Positions 26,218-34,922 of a stretch of 51,137 bases of DNA are shown piece after piece; positions within the stretch are counted from its first letter, which is position 1, and each line of letters begins with the position of its first letter. The notes under the pieces are model-generated. The model saw nothing but the letters and a program-made list of their open reading frames with translations. It did not search any database and was not told the DNA's origin. The stretch comes from a virus (Duplodnaviria > Caudoviricetes), in IMG/VR virus record IMGVR_UViG_3300037962_000135, positions 1 through 51,137 of that record; one strand, given 5' to 3'. The translations under genes and the position numbers were made by a program.

Positions 26218-26337
26218 TTAAAAGTTTGGAAAATGGATTTTAAAAAGTTTACTAGCTTCAGTATGTTTTCCTAAATTGGTTAACATTCTTACTGTTTCTA
26301 GTATTCTTGTTTTTTCAATTTGTTTCTTAGTTTTCAT
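26218..26337 (-). CDS. 39-aa hypothetical protein, not in ORF track
   Basis: MKTKKQIEKTRILETVRMLTNLGKHTEASKLFKIHFPNF; ATGA overlap. Confidence 0.55.
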   Translation of the reverse strand: MKTKKQIEKTRILETVRMLTNLGKHTEASKLFKIHFPNF

Positions 26338-26861
26338 TTTCTGTTTCTCTCAAGTTTTAATAATTTCTGATAACAGATATTTAATAATTTTTCCTGACTT
26401 GTTGATTTGTCAGCAACAATTAAAAAATAAGTTACTTTTGATTTTCCGCATCTTTTAATTTTACAAAGATGATCATAAAGATTATCTGTTATACATTCGG
26501 GATTCATAAAACTTTCAAATGTTATAACATCATTTGGGTCTATTGTTGCCGAATCTATTCCGCCCCATTTACTGGGAGGTAACACCTCCAGATGATACCA
26601 ATACGTTTTCTCTGTAACTACTTTTGGTTTGTCTACTTTGTATTCTCTTTCATTTGTTTTGTCTCTCATTTCTGAAGCTTTAACAAATGAAGTGACTATT
26701 GCATTTGGGTATTCTTTTAAAACTTCATCAATAGAATTATAAGAATACATAAGGGAACCATCTTGTTTTATGAAGTCAACAAAGTTGGCTGATTTAACAT
26801 CATAAATTACATCATTTTTCATAATGCGATCTAGTGTTGTTTCTTTGGTTTGGGTGGTCAT
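26334..26861 (-). CDS. Hypothetical early protein (DUF1419-like motif)
   Basis: TEKTYWYHLEVLPP motif. Start set to the ATG downstream of the promoter. Confidence 0.65.
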   Translation of the reverse strand: MTTQTKETTLDRIMKNDVIYDVKSANFVDFIKQDGSLMYSYNSIDEVLKEYPNAIVTSFVKASEMRDKTNEREYKVDKPKVVTEKTYWYHLEVLPPSKWGGIDSATIDPNDVITFESFMNPECITDNLYDHLCKIKRCGKSKVTYFLIVADKSTSQEKLLNICYQKLLKLERNRK

Positions 26862-26889
26862 AAGAAAAAAGAATAGAGTATTCCCTTTA

Positions 26890-26918
26890 ATTATAGTTGA
26901 TTTTAATATGTAAATCAA
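26890..26918 (-). promoter_or_regulatory. Sigma70-type promoter
   Basis: TTGATT-17 bp-TATAAT. Confidence 0.65.
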
Positions 26919-27118
26919 GACTAGAATATTACTCTAATAGCAACTAAAAAACCCTAAAAATAGGTACTTTTTAACCTCTAATCTCAACTTAAGAATTAAT
27001 AAGATTCTCAAATCCCTTGCTATCACTTAATAATCTCATAAGTAAGAATCCTATAATTTTAAAATTTTAACGTGTATTTGTACCTTAACCAGTTTAAAAT
27101 CATTCAAAAATAGCACAA

Positions 27119-27150
27119 TAAAAAAGCTAGAATCTATACAGAATCTAGCC
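27119..27150 (-). terminator. Intrinsic terminator
   Basis: GCTAGA...TCTAGC followed by T run on the minus strand. Confidence 0.6.
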
Positions 27151-27178
27151 GTTAATTAATTAGTTCCTGATCTAATTT

Positions 27179-27661
27179 TTATACATAATCACAAAACTTA
27201 AAAAATCTTTTTCTATTCTCATTTATCACTTCATAATATTTATCTGCTTTTTCTTTTTCTGTAAAATAATCATAAGTAAAAGTATTTTTAATTTTTTTAA
27301 TTTGACTTTCGTCTAACCTTAAAATTTCTCTTAATTTTTCAGTTTTTAAAATTTTATTTTCTTCTATTCTTTTTTTAGCTTTTTCTATTCTTATTAAATC
27401 TCTTTCAATATCATCATCAAAATCATTTAAATCTTTAAAATTATTTCTTGAGATATAGTGAACTGTTGAACAGTCTTGATAAGTTCTTCTTACTGTATAG
27501 TCCCCGTTAGATTCTAATAAATGTTCTAAATCTGAAATTTCACAAATATAATTATCATCCTCATAATATTCATCATTATTTTTAATTTTCAATTCTTCAT
27601 ATTCTTTTTCTAAATTAGCTAATCTTTTTTTAGCAATTAATTTGTAATTGGTTTTAGTCAT
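27179..27661 (-). CDS. Hypothetical charged early protein
   Basis: 160-aa ORF in very AT-rich DNA, with its own promoter and terminator. Confidence 0.7.
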   Translation of the reverse strand: MTKTNYKLIAKKRLANLEKEYEELKIKNNDEYYEDDNYICEISDLEHLLESNGDYTVRRTYQDCSTVHYISRNNFKDLNDFDDDIERDLIRIEKAKKRIEENKILKTEKLREILRLDESQIKKIKNTFTYDYFTEKEKADKYYEVINENRKRFFKFCDYV

Positions 27662-27690
27662 TTGTAAATTTTGGGTGAATGTACAATAGT

Positions 27691-27719
27691 ATTCTAGTCC
27701 ATATTGAATGAAATTTCAA
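27691..27719 (-). promoter_or_regulatory. Sigma70-type promoter
   Basis: TTGAAA-17 bp-TAGAAT. Confidence 0.55.
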
Positions 27720-27724
27720 ACAAT

Positions 27725-27753
27725 AAAAAACCCTGACTTTTTACATCAGGGTT
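27725..27753 (-). terminator. Intrinsic terminator
   Basis: AACCCTGA...TCAGGGTT followed by T run. Confidence 0.7.
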
Positions 27754-27771
27754 AATAAATAATGAATGTTT

Positions 27772-28848
27772 TTATCTAGTTAAAGCTAAACATTCTCTTT
27801 TAGCTAAATCAATTCTCGAACCACATTTTCCATTTAATAAACTTTCCATTCTTACTCTTGCACCTTTTATATCGTCTTTAACTCTCTGTTCACAATGTGT
27901 TTGTTGAAAGGTTAAAGCGTTAAAGCAATTATATAAATTAGGTTCTATTTCAAAATTTTGAGTCTCTTTAAGAAAATTACTTCTAATATCTGCCCATTCT
28001 TTTGAAAGATCTTTATTAAAATCTTTTGGTCTTTTTTCTTTTGTTTCTTTATCTACTACCGATCCAATTAATTTATCTTGTAGCATTTGTTTTGAAAGGT
28101 TTTTTAAAACTTCCATAGCCTGAGATCTATTATTGAATGAAACATTTTTCATAGCTTTAAATTCTTCAATAGAATTTGAAAGATCCTCACGTTGCCAAGA
28201 TATAAACTCTGGTAGGTTTTTAACATAATCGTTAATACCTTTTGAATGTTTAAAAACAAGTTTATTTTTTGAGCGATTAATTCTACCCATTTGATTGAAA
28301 CAGAATAATCTAAAATCAATAGAAACAACTTTGAATGAGTACGAACCATCATAAGAATTTATAAAACATAATCTCCTACGAATTTGGTCATCTTTAGATA
28401 CTTCAATATCAGAGTCTTTGACTCCACCAGACACGAAAATTCTAGCTCCATTATTCATAAGGCATATATTCTCAAGTGAAAGAATATCTTTATTTCTTTC
28501 AAAGACTTCATATATTGGTTCATTATCTTGAGTAGCGTATGTTTTGGACATTACGCTTAATGGATTTCCAGTTTTAGAATCAACTATACATTTATGATTT
28601 GGTAATTGAATATCGTTACCAAAACTATTTTTAATGTATATATCGGTATCTACTGGTTGATTTAATGCTCCAGTTTTTTCAAATGCTTCACGAATTGAGA
28701 TACCAGTATTTTGTGCAATAGTGTTACCACATAAATCCTCGTTACCTAGTCTTTTAAAACCATTTGGATTTTGGTAGGGTTTTTCTACCATTAATTGAGA
28801 TTCTGCACTAAATACAGTGTCTACTAAATTGGGTTGAAAATAGTTCAT
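27772..28848 (-). CDS. DUF932-like protein
   Basis: INSYDGS...RLFCFNQ...KHS and NLYNCFNALT motifs. Confidence 0.75.
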   Translation of the reverse strand: MNYFQPNLVDTVFSAESQLMVEKPYQNPNGFKRLGNEDLCGNTIAQNTGISIREAFEKTGALNQPVDTDIYIKNSFGNDIQLPNHKCIVDSKTGNPLSVMSKTYATQDNEPIYEVFERNKDILSLENICLMNNGARIFVSGGVKDSDIEVSKDDQIRRRLCFINSYDGSYSFKVVSIDFRLFCFNQMGRINRSKNKLVFKHSKGINDYVKNLPEFISWQREDLSNSIEEFKAMKNVSFNNRSQAMEVLKNLSKQMLQDKLIGSVVDKETKEKRPKDFNKDLSKEWADIRSNFLKETQNFEIEPNLYNCFNALTFQQTHCEQRVKDDIKGARVRMESLLNGKCGSRIDLAKRECLALTR

Positions 28849-29142
28849 TTGGGTGTTGAAAAATAACTACATATGTATATTAAAGTATTATTCTATTAAA
28901 AACAATATCAATTCATACTATTTATAGAAATTAAAATTTTATCAATTAACCTATCTGCACGATACTGTAAATTCTCTGAAAAATGATTATTATAATTATT
29001 TGAAATTTTTTGAAGAATAATTAAAATAAAAAATAAATCTTGAATAGATAGGCTGACATGACTATGTTTAAAAAACTTATGAATGGTTGAGGCCATGATG
29101 AATTAAAGAAAAATGAATGGACAATCCATAGATAACCTAGTC

Positions 29143-29197
29143 AATTATGAATGTCAAATTCTGAGAATTATCAATGAGAATTATGAATGAGAATTTT
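29143..29197. repeat. 13-bp tandem repeats at the strand-switch point
   Basis: TGAGAATT three times at 13-bp spacing (AATTATSAATGAG unit). Confidence 0.65.
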
Positions 29198-29201
29198 GAT
29201 A

Positions 29202-29230
29202 TTGCATATTAAAGGCGATTCATGTAATAT
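29202..29230 (+). promoter_or_regulatory. Sigma70-type promoter
   Basis: TTGCAT-17 bp-TAATAT upstream of 29257. Confidence 0.55.
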
Positions 29231-29256
29231 TGTAATGTCCATTAACCACAATTATT

Positions 29257-29475
29257 ATGGCTGTCGATCCACTAGACAACAGTAGTGAAAGGTTTTTAAC
29301 TTTTACTATTGCTGAAATAAAAATCTTAGTCGGTATGATGACTAAGTTGAAAGAACTTTTCCCTATTGAAGGACATTATTACATTCATAAAGCCTGTAAC
29401 ATATTAATCACAATATGTAAGCAACAACTATCTACTGAAGATGTAGACGAGCTAAAAGAGAGATACGGGATATGA
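29257..29475 (+). CDS. Hypothetical protein
   Basis: First ORF of a coupled plus-strand operon. Confidence 0.65.
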   Translation: MAVDPLDNSSERFLTFTIAEIKILVGMMTKLKELFPIEGHYYIHKACNILITICKQQLSTEDVDELKERYGI

Positions 29476-29642
29476 ATAAACACCTTATATATAAAGCCTT
29501 AGAAAATATGGATAGGTTCGGGGGAAGTTTTGTTTCTTCCCTCGCTTTTTGCTATTCACAGGCCGATCCAGATAATCAGACTATTCTTTTTAATGCTTTT
29601 GAGCATCTATTCAATAAGTATGCAACTTTTGAAGATGACTAA
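29472..29642 (+). CDS. 56-aa hypothetical protein, not in ORF track
   Basis: MNKHLIYKALENMDRFGGSFVSSLAFCYSQADPDNQ...; ATGA overlap. Confidence 0.75.
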   Translation: MNKHLIYKALENMDRFGGSFVSSLAFCYSQADPDNQTILFNAFEHLFNKYATFEDD

Positions 29643-29982
29643 AGAAGAAGCTGAGAACTTTATCTATAAATGTCTGGTAGATAACGAATCCAAAAAAGAT
29701 CCAAAAGAAAAATTAACTCGTTTGGATATATGCGATATACTGCACACTGATTTTGAGATTCCTAAGTCTACGGCATATAGATATTACAAAGACTCCTTTA
29801 ATCTATACAAATGGGAACAGGCTAAACCCGATCCAACAAAAAAGATTAAAGATACAAAAGATACCATACTGGATAGCGTATTAGATGAAGCTGAAAGTTT
29901 GTTAGCTGACGGAGATTCTGTTGGTTATTTCAAAGGTATCGAACTATATTCAAAATTACTTACGAGGTTTAAAAAAGTATGA
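29635..29982 (+). CDS. HTH-like protein
   Basis: ICDILHTDFEIPKSTAYRYYK. Start reassigned to the ATG at 29635. Confidence 0.65.
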   Translation: MTKEEAENFIYKCLVDNESKKDPKEKLTRLDICDILHTDFEIPKSTAYRYYKDSFNLYKWEQAKPDPTKKIKDTKDTILDSVLDEAESLLADGDSVGYFKGIELYSKLLTRFKKV

Positions 29983-30146
29983 AAAAAATTACCGAAAAAA
30001 GAAAATTAGAGTTAAAAGCTGAAAGAGATTTAACTCAAATACTTTACAGAGCTAGAGATAAAGCCGAAGGCTTTTCTGTACCAAAACATACATATCCTGA
30101 CTTAACAGTTAAGGAAATTCAAAATGTTATTAACCATTACTTATGA
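29979..30146 (+). CDS. 55-aa hypothetical protein, not in ORF track
   Basis: MKKITEKRKLELKAERDL...; ATGA overlap. Confidence 0.6.
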   Translation: MKKITEKRKLELKAERDLTQILYRARDKAEGFSVPKHTYPDLTVKEIQNVINHYL

Positions 30147-30148
30147 TT

Positions 30149-30286
30149 ATGGACTCTTTTTTACATAACCATCAATCTGCACTGGACAGCCAGCGTGAAG
30201 ATGATGCGATCCAATATCTAGAGGGTACTGGGGTTTACCCCGATCCCGATGACAAACACTATCCTATGGAGACAGACTATGATTAA
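30149..30286 (+). CDS. 45-aa acidic protein, not in ORF track
   Basis: MDSFLHNHQSALDSQREDDAIQYLEG...; fills the gap in the operon. Confidence 0.6.
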   Translation: MDSFLHNHQSALDSQREDDAIQYLEGTGVYPDPDDKHYPMETDYD

Positions 30287-30497
30287 AAAAGTTCTAGTAA
30301 CTTTATTAGTTACAGTGGACACTGAAGATGAAGAAATTTGTCCCTCTGGCGATCCACTATCTGAAAATGTTGTACTTAATCACATAGATGATGGATTTAT
30401 AGATCCTGTAGAGGAAATATATACCTCGCATATATCTGATTATGTTGACCATACAAAACGTGTACAAATGAGAATAGACGATTTATACAACGGCTAA
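30279..30497 (+). CDS. Hypothetical acidic protein
   Basis: MIKKVLVTLLVTVD...; start reassigned. Confidence 0.6.
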   Translation: MIKKVLVTLLVTVDTEDEEICPSGDPLSENVVLNHIDDGFIDPVEEIYTSHISDYVDHTKRVQMRIDDLYNG

Positions 30498-31325
30498 CTC
30501 TTTTAGGTTTTTGTGGTAACGATCCACTCTATCTAAAAATATACTTTCTGATCCTCGCAATTCTAAATTGTTGAGGATTTTTATTTGGGGCTTTCCACTT
30601 CTACGGGCTACCACAACCGCACCATATTTAGGCTTTATTCCTGTGAGATGTTGTAGACCTAGACTATACGCTCCAAGTTGATGGCAGAATTGTTCGATCA
30701 TGTCATCTGACCTTACTTCTTTAGCTGTTTTCCAGTCCACTATGAATGGCCCTTCTCCATCAATGTCTAATAAAGCGTCTGCTGTACCAGCAAATCCGTA
30801 GCCTGGTTTATAGACCGAAAATTCTACGGCATGAATGGCCGTTACACGTTCCAGTATGAATGATCGTAAACCTCTTGCGTAGCCTGACGCACTCCAGCTA
30901 ACACGCGGTGCGGATTCAACTGCTTTCTGTAAGCCCCATTGCGTGACTTTTTTCGGGCAGCGTTCCAATCCATCATCACCTGTTCTCCATATACCACGTT
31001 TGTTTGCGTTTTGCCTTGCAAATTTTGCTGCAAGTTTGAGTACAAACTCTGCATGAGAGTGAGCAAGTTTTCCTCGTTCACAGGCAATATCACGTTCCAG
31101 ATAGGAGTCTGATCTTTTGAGCCAATTTTCAAGGGCATCTTTTGTATGTTGGGGTGCGGTTTCTTTTAAAATATGTGTAACTGAGTGATATACGTTGTTC
31201 TTTTCATCGCGGTAGACTCTGTACGGTCCACTATTATCTTGAATGAGGTTCCATGTTCTGAGTGTTGCTAGGGCATTTTGTTTGTCTAGCGTTCCCATGA
31301 ATGGATAATAAATACACGTTCCCAT
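30483..31325 (-). CDS. PD-(D/E)XK exonuclease
   Basis: SVTHIL, ERGKLAH, FAGTADAL...IVDWKT, QLGAY. Confidence 0.85.
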   Translation of the reverse strand: MGTCIYYPFMGTLDKQNALATLRTWNLIQDNSGPYRVYRDEKNNVYHSVTHILKETAPQHTKDALENWLKRSDSYLERDIACERGKLAHSHAEFVLKLAAKFARQNANKRGIWRTGDDGLERCPKKVTQWGLQKAVESAPRVSWSASGYARGLRSFILERVTAIHAVEFSVYKPGYGFAGTADALLDIDGEGPFIVDWKTAKEVRSDDMIEQFCHQLGAYSLGLQHLTGIKPKYGAVVVARRSGKPQIKILNNLELRGSESIFLDRVDRYHKNLKELAVV

Positions 31326-31350
31326 AATTAATATACAGCAAAATAAAAAA

Positions 31351-31433
31351 GAGTCAATGGCTATCGGGGCTTACACATACTGAAAGCAACCCGTCAAAGA
31401 AACAAAAAGTATGTTGCCCGAATAGCCTGACTC
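31351..31433. other. Long imperfect inverted repeat
   Basis: GAGTCA/TGACTC, GGCTAT/ATAGCC, CGGG/CCCG and CATACT/AGTATG nested pairings. Confidence 0.65.
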
Positions 31434-31444
31434 TATGAATGGGA

Positions 31445-32038
31445 TTATTCTTCTTCTTTAAAGGGATTACCACCTTTAAGAAGTCTTTCGAGATCAAACT
31501 CTTTTTCTGCTTCCCATGCTTCATCTACAGCTTTAGCCATAGCTTTCTTTAGTGGGGCAGCTTGCACAGTGTACTTTGTGTCTGTGCCTTGTCCTTCACG
31601 AGATAAGTAGAAGTCACATTCAGTCATATCTTCGTAATCTTCTAGTTGACTGATTACGTCAAATTGCTGAGTGATTGTTTTTTGAGTCCAAGAGAATACT
31701 TGTACACGTTCCAAGTCATAGTTATATATGGGAACTGCGTGAGCTATCCTGCAAGGCTCATTCATCTTGCCATCCCTGGAAAGTGATCTGACGTAGTCAT
31801 CACCAAGTTTTTCTGTAACATCCTCTGCGGTAGGATCTTCAGCAAAACGGAATGGTTTACGTTTTTCTGGGTTGTTAACTTCGTTACCCCATAGTTCGTA
31901 GAACATGAAAGGCTCTTCAGCTAATAATTTGAAACGAACTTTTTGTCCGCTTTTGATACTTGATGGATTCAAGTAATCGTCTTTTGTGCTACTTGAAGAT
32001 GCAGCATCTTCTCTAGCAACAGTTGAAATGAAAGGCAT
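31445..32038 (-). CDS. Putative ssDNA-binding protein
   Basis: YLNPSSIK..VRF, REGQGTDTKYTV, C-terminal GGNPF; next to exonuclease and primase. Confidence 0.6.
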   Translation of the reverse strand: MPFISTVAREDAASSSSTKDDYLNPSSIKSGQKVRFKLLAEEPFMFYELWGNEVNNPEKRKPFRFAEDPTAEDVTEKLGDDYVRSLSRDGKMNEPCRIAHAVPIYNYDLERVQVFSWTQKTITQQFDVISQLEDYEDMTECDFYLSREGQGTDTKYTVQAAPLKKAMAKAVDEAWEAEKEFDLERLLKGGNPFKEEE

Positions 32039-32075
32039 AATGCGTGTTGGCTATGAAAGCCTGAGTTGCATTACT

Positions 32076-32115
32076 ATTGTAGTACATAGACAAATGATTG
32101 TCAATGATATATAAT
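32076..32115. promoter_or_regulatory. Overlapping divergent sigma70-type promoters
   Basis: Minus strand TTGACA-17-TACAAT (32104..32076); plus strand TAGACA-17-TATAAT (32087..32115). Confidence 0.75.
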
Positions 32116-32183
32116 AAGAAAACCCTAAAGGGTGGAGTTCCTTCAGGGTTTCAACATATAGTCTACAGTAGGTATTGTAACAC

Positions 32184-34616
32184 ATGAGTAACATAAATTT
32201 CATCCCCGAAATTCCATTGACATGGTTGACTTGTCCGATATATGCCGAGGGTGTATTACTACCAAAAAGAAACGAATCGAGTCCAGATAGATATTCTGAC
32301 GGAAAAGTTCCCTTTGGTAGAGCGTGGAAAGAAGAACTTACAGTGAATGATTCTGCTCTGATGATTGAGCGAGAACCAGATAAGTTCAAAGCTATTGGTG
32401 TATTCACAGGTCAGAAATCAGATGGTCTTGTGATATTTGACGTAGACAGAAACTTAGGTGTCATCGAAAAGAAGTGGGGTAAAGATCTCAAAAAAGCACC
32501 AAAAGTTACATCACTTAGAAAAAATGCTGCTAAGTTTCTTTTCAAAGTTCCACAGGATCTTGTAACTGAAGTTGCTTCTATCTCACAGACTGCTGCTGGA
32601 CAGGAAGGTTGGGAAGTTTTATGGGGAGGACAGGGTGTAATAGCTGGTGAATACCACAAAAAAGGTGTAGGTAAAGGTGAATATAAATTAGAAGGCGATC
32701 TGTTTGACGTTCCAGTTGCTCCAGAATGGCTACTGTCTCGCATGAAAGATCAGTACAAAAAGAATAATCAGGATGTTGATATTAAATATGTAGATAACAG
32801 ATGGAGTAAACGTACCAAGGAAGAAAGAGTTGCGATTGTTAGTGGTTGCCTAAGTGTTATCGGACATAAAGGACCTAACCAAGAACATTATTGGTGGGAA
32901 ATAGGTGCGATGATAAATAATGAACTTCCAGGAATTGAAGGGTTAGAACTCTGGACAGAGTGGTCTAAGAAAGATCCTGACTATGAGCATTGCTGGGAAG
33001 AGGGTGAAGATCCTTGTGCTGCTAGATGGTATGCAACTTGGAGAAACGATGGTGCTAGATATAATATGTCGCACCTCATTGAGTTGGCAGATAAGGTCGA
33101 TCCAGAAAGAAAAAGATTTAAACAGGTTGGGCTAGATAAATTAATCGAAGATGTAGAGGCTATCCCACTTAGATATAAAGAAGAAGTGCTGGATGGTGAA
33201 GATCTCATTCAGAGATATATGGACATTGACAATGATCCTAAAAATGAGAACCCTGCACTACATAACCAAGCGGTCCATAAATTAGCTATTGAAGCAAAGC
33301 GTGGTAATGCTGCTGAGATTGAGAGATTAGTCGATACTCACGAAATGTTCAATAGAACTAAGGGTCAAAAACCTTTAGCTATTGATGAGCTAGACGATAC
33401 ACCTTTTGAATATCTGATTCCAGGATTGCTACCTAAACCTTGGACTTTATTAGTTCATGCAGATGGTGGTACAGGAAAAACTGCTATGTGTCAGACAGTA
33501 GCTAAACATATTGGACATGGAAAAGCGTTTAATGTTTATGGTGCTCTAGTTAACGTGCCAGTTGGTAAGGTGCTTTGGTTGAATGGAGATCAGAATGAAA
33601 GGATATTGCGTAGGCAGATGAAACTTATTGGATGTGATAAGAATGTTCGAGTAGTTACTGAATGGGATATGCAGTGGTATAGCAGATTCAAAAAGATGCA
33701 AAATAAATATGCTTACGATCTGGTAGTTATTGATAGCTTGGATGGCTGTAATGACAGCAACCCATACGAGGAGAACAGGAGAGAGTATGCGTTACCTATC
33801 AAGAAACTTGTTAGACGAAATGGACAGGACTTTCCTGCTTGTTCGATAATTATTATTCATCACAACACCAAAGAAGGAAAGTTTAGGGGAACTACTGCGA
33901 TTAAAAATGCGGTGGATGAAACTTGGAATATGAAAAAGTTATCAATGAATGATGCTGCTGAGATGGGTCTTACAGCAAATAGCAGATTAGTCAGCGTTGA
34001 GAAGTCTAGAGAGGATCGTGAAGGACTTAGAATGATATTTACCCTGCTACCTGATTACACATACTCTATAAGCCCTGCACCAGATCGTACAGAAGAGGTT
34101 GTGATAGACACTCCAAACAAACATACCTTGGATATATTGCGTTTGATGAGAACAGAAACTAAACCTTGGTGCGTTAAAGATTTAGTTGAGCACGATACTG
34201 TAGGTGGATCACATAGAAAACGTGCCATAGTATATAGCTTAAATAAATTAGAAGATCAGAAATTGATTGAAGAAGTTGACGTACCAAAAACTAAAAGTAG
34301 AGGAGGTAGACCATCTAAATTTTATAAAGCTGTTGGAAAAGAATTGCCAAAGTCTTTTAGTTCCCTCGTGCGTGATATACCCCGAAATGATGTGTATAAA
34401 CCTAATAATGTAGATACTGGAACGGATTTGAACAACAATGATATTTGTAAAAACCCTAATTTTGTAAAAACCTCGGAAGATAGTGAAGGTTTATACAAAG
34501 AGGAGGTTAATACAAAACCGATTGTTGTTGAAAACTCTTCCACTGGAACGGAACAAGGTTTATACACCGATGGCTCTGGGTATATAGAAGAAAACCAAAA
34601 GTTCTGGGAGCAATAG
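32184..34616 (+). CDS. Primase-polymerase / PriCT-2 / RepA-like helicase fusion
   Basis: GKVP, IFDVD, YEHYWWEIG-like WWEIGAM...WTEWS PriCT region, Walker A ADGGTGKT, VVIDSL, IIHH. Confidence 0.88.
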   Translation: MSNINFIPEIPLTWLTCPIYAEGVLLPKRNESSPDRYSDGKVPFGRAWKEELTVNDSALMIEREPDKFKAIGVFTGQKSDGLVIFDVDRNLGVIEKKWGKDLKKAPKVTSLRKNAAKFLFKVPQDLVTEVASISQTAAGQEGWEVLWGGQGVIAGEYHKKGVGKGEYKLEGDLFDVPVAPEWLLSRMKDQYKKNNQDVDIKYVDNRWSKRTKEERVAIVSGCLSVIGHKGPNQEHYWWEIGAMINNELPGIEGLELWTEWSKKDPDYEHCWEEGEDPCAARWYATWRNDGARYNMSHLIELADKVDPERKRFKQVGLDKLIEDVEAIPLRYKEEVLDGEDLIQRYMDIDNDPKNENPALHNQAVHKLAIEAKRGNAAEIERLVDTHEMFNRTKGQKPLAIDELDDTPFEYLIPGLLPKPWTLLVHADGGTGKTAMCQTVAKHIGHGKAFNVYGALVNVPVGKVLWLNGDQNERILRRQMKLIGCDKNVRVVTEWDMQWYSRFKKMQNKYAYDLVVIDSLDGCNDSNPYEENRREYALPIKKLVRRNGQDFPACSIIIIHHNTKEGKFRGTTAIKNAVDETWNMKKLSMNDAAEMGLTANSRLVSVEKSREDREGLRMIFTLLPDYTYSISPAPDRTEEVVIDTPNKHTLDILRLMRTETKPWCVKDLVEHDTVGGSHRKRAIVYSLNKLEDQKLIEEVDVPKTKSRGGRPSKFYKAVGKELPKSFSSLVRDIPRNDVYKPNNVDTGTDLNNNDICKNPNFVKTSEDSEGLYKEEVNTKPIVVENSSTGTEQGLYTDGSGYIEENQKFWEQ
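34392..34568. repeat. Palindromic iteron-like array (candidate origin)
   Basis: Three TGTAWAAACC copies followed by three inverted copies; ACTGGAACGGA occurs twice. Confidence 0.7.
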
Positions 34617-34619
34617 TAA

Positions 34620-34880
34620 TTGAAACAACCCATAATAAATGTCACTATCTACGAGGAGAAAAACCCCACGGAAGATAGTCCGTTAGCTACTGTGCGTTAC
34701 ACAGAGTATTCAGACCAAAAAAGAAAAAAAGTTCTAAAAGTAAATCAGGTTGAGTATTACGATCCAGCGTATTTTCATAGTCAGGTTTTACAGGCTGTTA
34801 GTTTTGGACTTGATGTTTCAATATGCACACGGCTCAGTATAAGTACTTTACAAAAAAAGTTAAGTTACTGGACAAACTAA
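34620..34880 (+). CDS. Hypothetical protein
   Basis: ORF between primase and polymerase, TTG start. Confidence 0.65.
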   Translation: MKQPIINVTIYEEKNPTEDSPLATVRYTEYSDQKRKKVLKVNQVEYYDPAYFHSQVLQAVSFGLDVSICTRLSISTLQKKLSYWTN

Positions 34881-34922
34881 TCTATTGTGCTACAATAATG
34901 GAGCATATTTATAGGTTCTTCC

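Noticed and set aside
28908-29096. 62-aa minus-strand ORF
   Set aside because: It may be real, since it lies downstream of a TTGACA box, but it has no motif, coupling or homolog in the window, so it is not listed as a feature.
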